Assembly (NCBI GenBank): GCA_034667725.1
Contig: JAXDQS010000003.1
Span: 416,001-480,000 of the forward strand
From: Thermoplasmata archaeon
Lineage (GTDB): Archaea; Thermoplasmatota; E2; JACPAO01; JAHFTW01
Length of the DNA stretch: 64,000 nucleotides
Direction: 5' to 3'
Shown: positions 62,957 through 64,000 of the stretch, one piece after another
Position numbering within the stretch: position 1 is the stretch's first letter
Layout: each line of letters starts with the position of its first letter
The notes under the pieces: model-generated
Seen by the model: the letters and a program-made list of their open reading frames with translations, nothing else
Databases searched by the model: none
Told to the model about the DNA's origin: nothing
Translations under genes and position numbers: made by a program

Positions 62957-64000
62957 CTAGGCGCGGCGCACCAGGCTCTTGGCCGTCATGGCCGTGGGCA
63001 CGGGCAGGCCCATCAGGTCCAGCAGGGTGGGGCTGACGTTCTCCAAGGCGCCGCCGTGGGCCAGCGACTCGCCCTTGCGGCCGTTGACCAAGAGCAGCGG
63101 GCTGGGGTTCATCGTATGCTTGGTGACGGGTTCGCCGGGCTTGCCGTCCACGACCTTGCACATCTCCTCGGCGTTGCCGTGGTCGGCGGTGATGAGCGTG
63201 ACGAAGCCCAGCTCGGTGGCGACCTGGACGACGCGGTTGAGGCAGTTGTCCACGAACTCGACGGCCCGGATGGTGGCGTCCAGCTTGCCGGTGTGCCCGA
63301 CCATGTCCGGGTTGGCGTAGTTGACGACGAGGAAGTCGTGGCCGCCGGAGCCGAGCGCCCACAGCAGCCTGTCGGTGACCTCGCCGGCCGACATCTCGGG
63401 CGCCAGGTCGTAGGTGGCCACCCGCGGGCTCGGCACCAAGAGGCGCTCCTCGCCCGGAAACGGCGCCTCCCGGCCGCCGTTGAAGAAATAGGTGACATGG
63501 GCGTACTTCTCGGTCTCCGCGACGTGGAACTGCGTCAGGCCCAGCTTCGACAGGTGCTCAGCCAAACAGTCCTCGACCTTCTGCTGCCCATACGCGACGT
63601 GCAGGCCGGGCCAGCCCTCGAAGCCCTTGTCGTACTGCGTCATGCAGACCCACAGCAGGTCCGCGACCTTGGGGCGCGCGAAGCCGGTGAACGCCGGGTC
63701 CATGAACGCCCGCGTGACCTGCCGGCTGCGGTCGGGGCGGAAGTTGAGCCAGACCACGGCGTCGCCGGCGCGCACCACGCCCGCCGGGTCCACGACGGCG
63801 GGCTCGACGAACTCGTCGCCCTTGCCGGCGGCGTTGGCGGCGGCCACGGCGGCGTGCGCGCTCGGGAACCGGGCGCCCTTGGCCTCGGTGTAGAGCCGGT
63901 ACGCGGCCTCGGTGCGCTCCCAGCGCGCGTCGCGGTCCATGGCGTAGTAGCGGCCCGTGAAGTCGGCGATGCGGCCGACGCCGGCCTCGCGGAGTTGCCG
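62957..64000 (-). CDS. gpmI: 2,3-bisphosphoglycerate-independent phosphoglycerate mutase (5' part outside window)
   Basis: GRYYAMDRD, NFRPDR, AETEKYAHVTYFFNGG, NPDMVGHTG and TADHGNAE motifs. Confidence 0.95.
   Translation of the reverse strand, partial: RQLREAGVGRIADFTGRYYAMDRDARWERTEAAYRLYTEAKGARFPSAHAAVAAANAAGKGDEFVEPAVVDPAGVVRAGDAVVWLNFRPDRSRQVTRAFMDPAFTGFARPKVADLLWVCMTQYDKGFEGWPGLHVAYGQQKVEDCLAEHLSKLGLTQFHVAETEKYAHVTYFFNGGREAPFPGEERLLVPSPRVATYDLAPEMSAGEVTDRLLWALGSGGHDFLVVNYANPDMVGHTGKLDATIRAVEFVDNCLNRVVQVATELGFVTLITADHGNAEEMCKVVDGKPGEPVTKHTMNPSPLLLVNGRKGESLAHGGALENVSPTLLDLMGLPVPTAMTAKSLVRRA

Overview
About 64 kb of very GC-rich chromosome, most consistent with an archaeon, probably Thermoplasmatota (inference). 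The evidence is an archaeal/eukaryotic-type alpha2 GlyRS, a tRNA-Ser gene without encoded CCA, tandem winged-HTH regulators, TATA-like boxes ~25 nt before start codons and about 12 LAGC-type lipoproteins. 1-15 kb is a surface-protein locus with two divergently transcribed membrane-anchored winged-HTH proteins bearing TSP3-type ectodomains, a soluble winged-HTH paralog and a shared 21-bp promoter motif; it ends at tRNA-Ser(GGA). 15-36 kb holds dispersed aromatic-CoA/beta-oxidation genes (BoxB-like diiron epoxidase, four crotonases, 3-hydroxyacyl-CoA DH, aldehyde DH, Rieske ferredoxin), an SF1 helicase and two Cys/His micro-proteins. 36-64 kb holds housekeeping genes (glpK, class III aminotransferase, glyS, RlmB/TrmH methylase, AlaX, gpmI), a PolX-PHP lacking the polymerase core, five beta-propeller lipoproteins and a half-length protein closely resembling eukaryotic deoxyhypusine hydroxylase. 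A mosaic REP/BIME-like hairpin repeat family lies just downstream of stop codons at five loci, with a related hairpin after glyS. Family assignments come from recognising motifs by eye; no database search was run, and start codons were re-picked manually.
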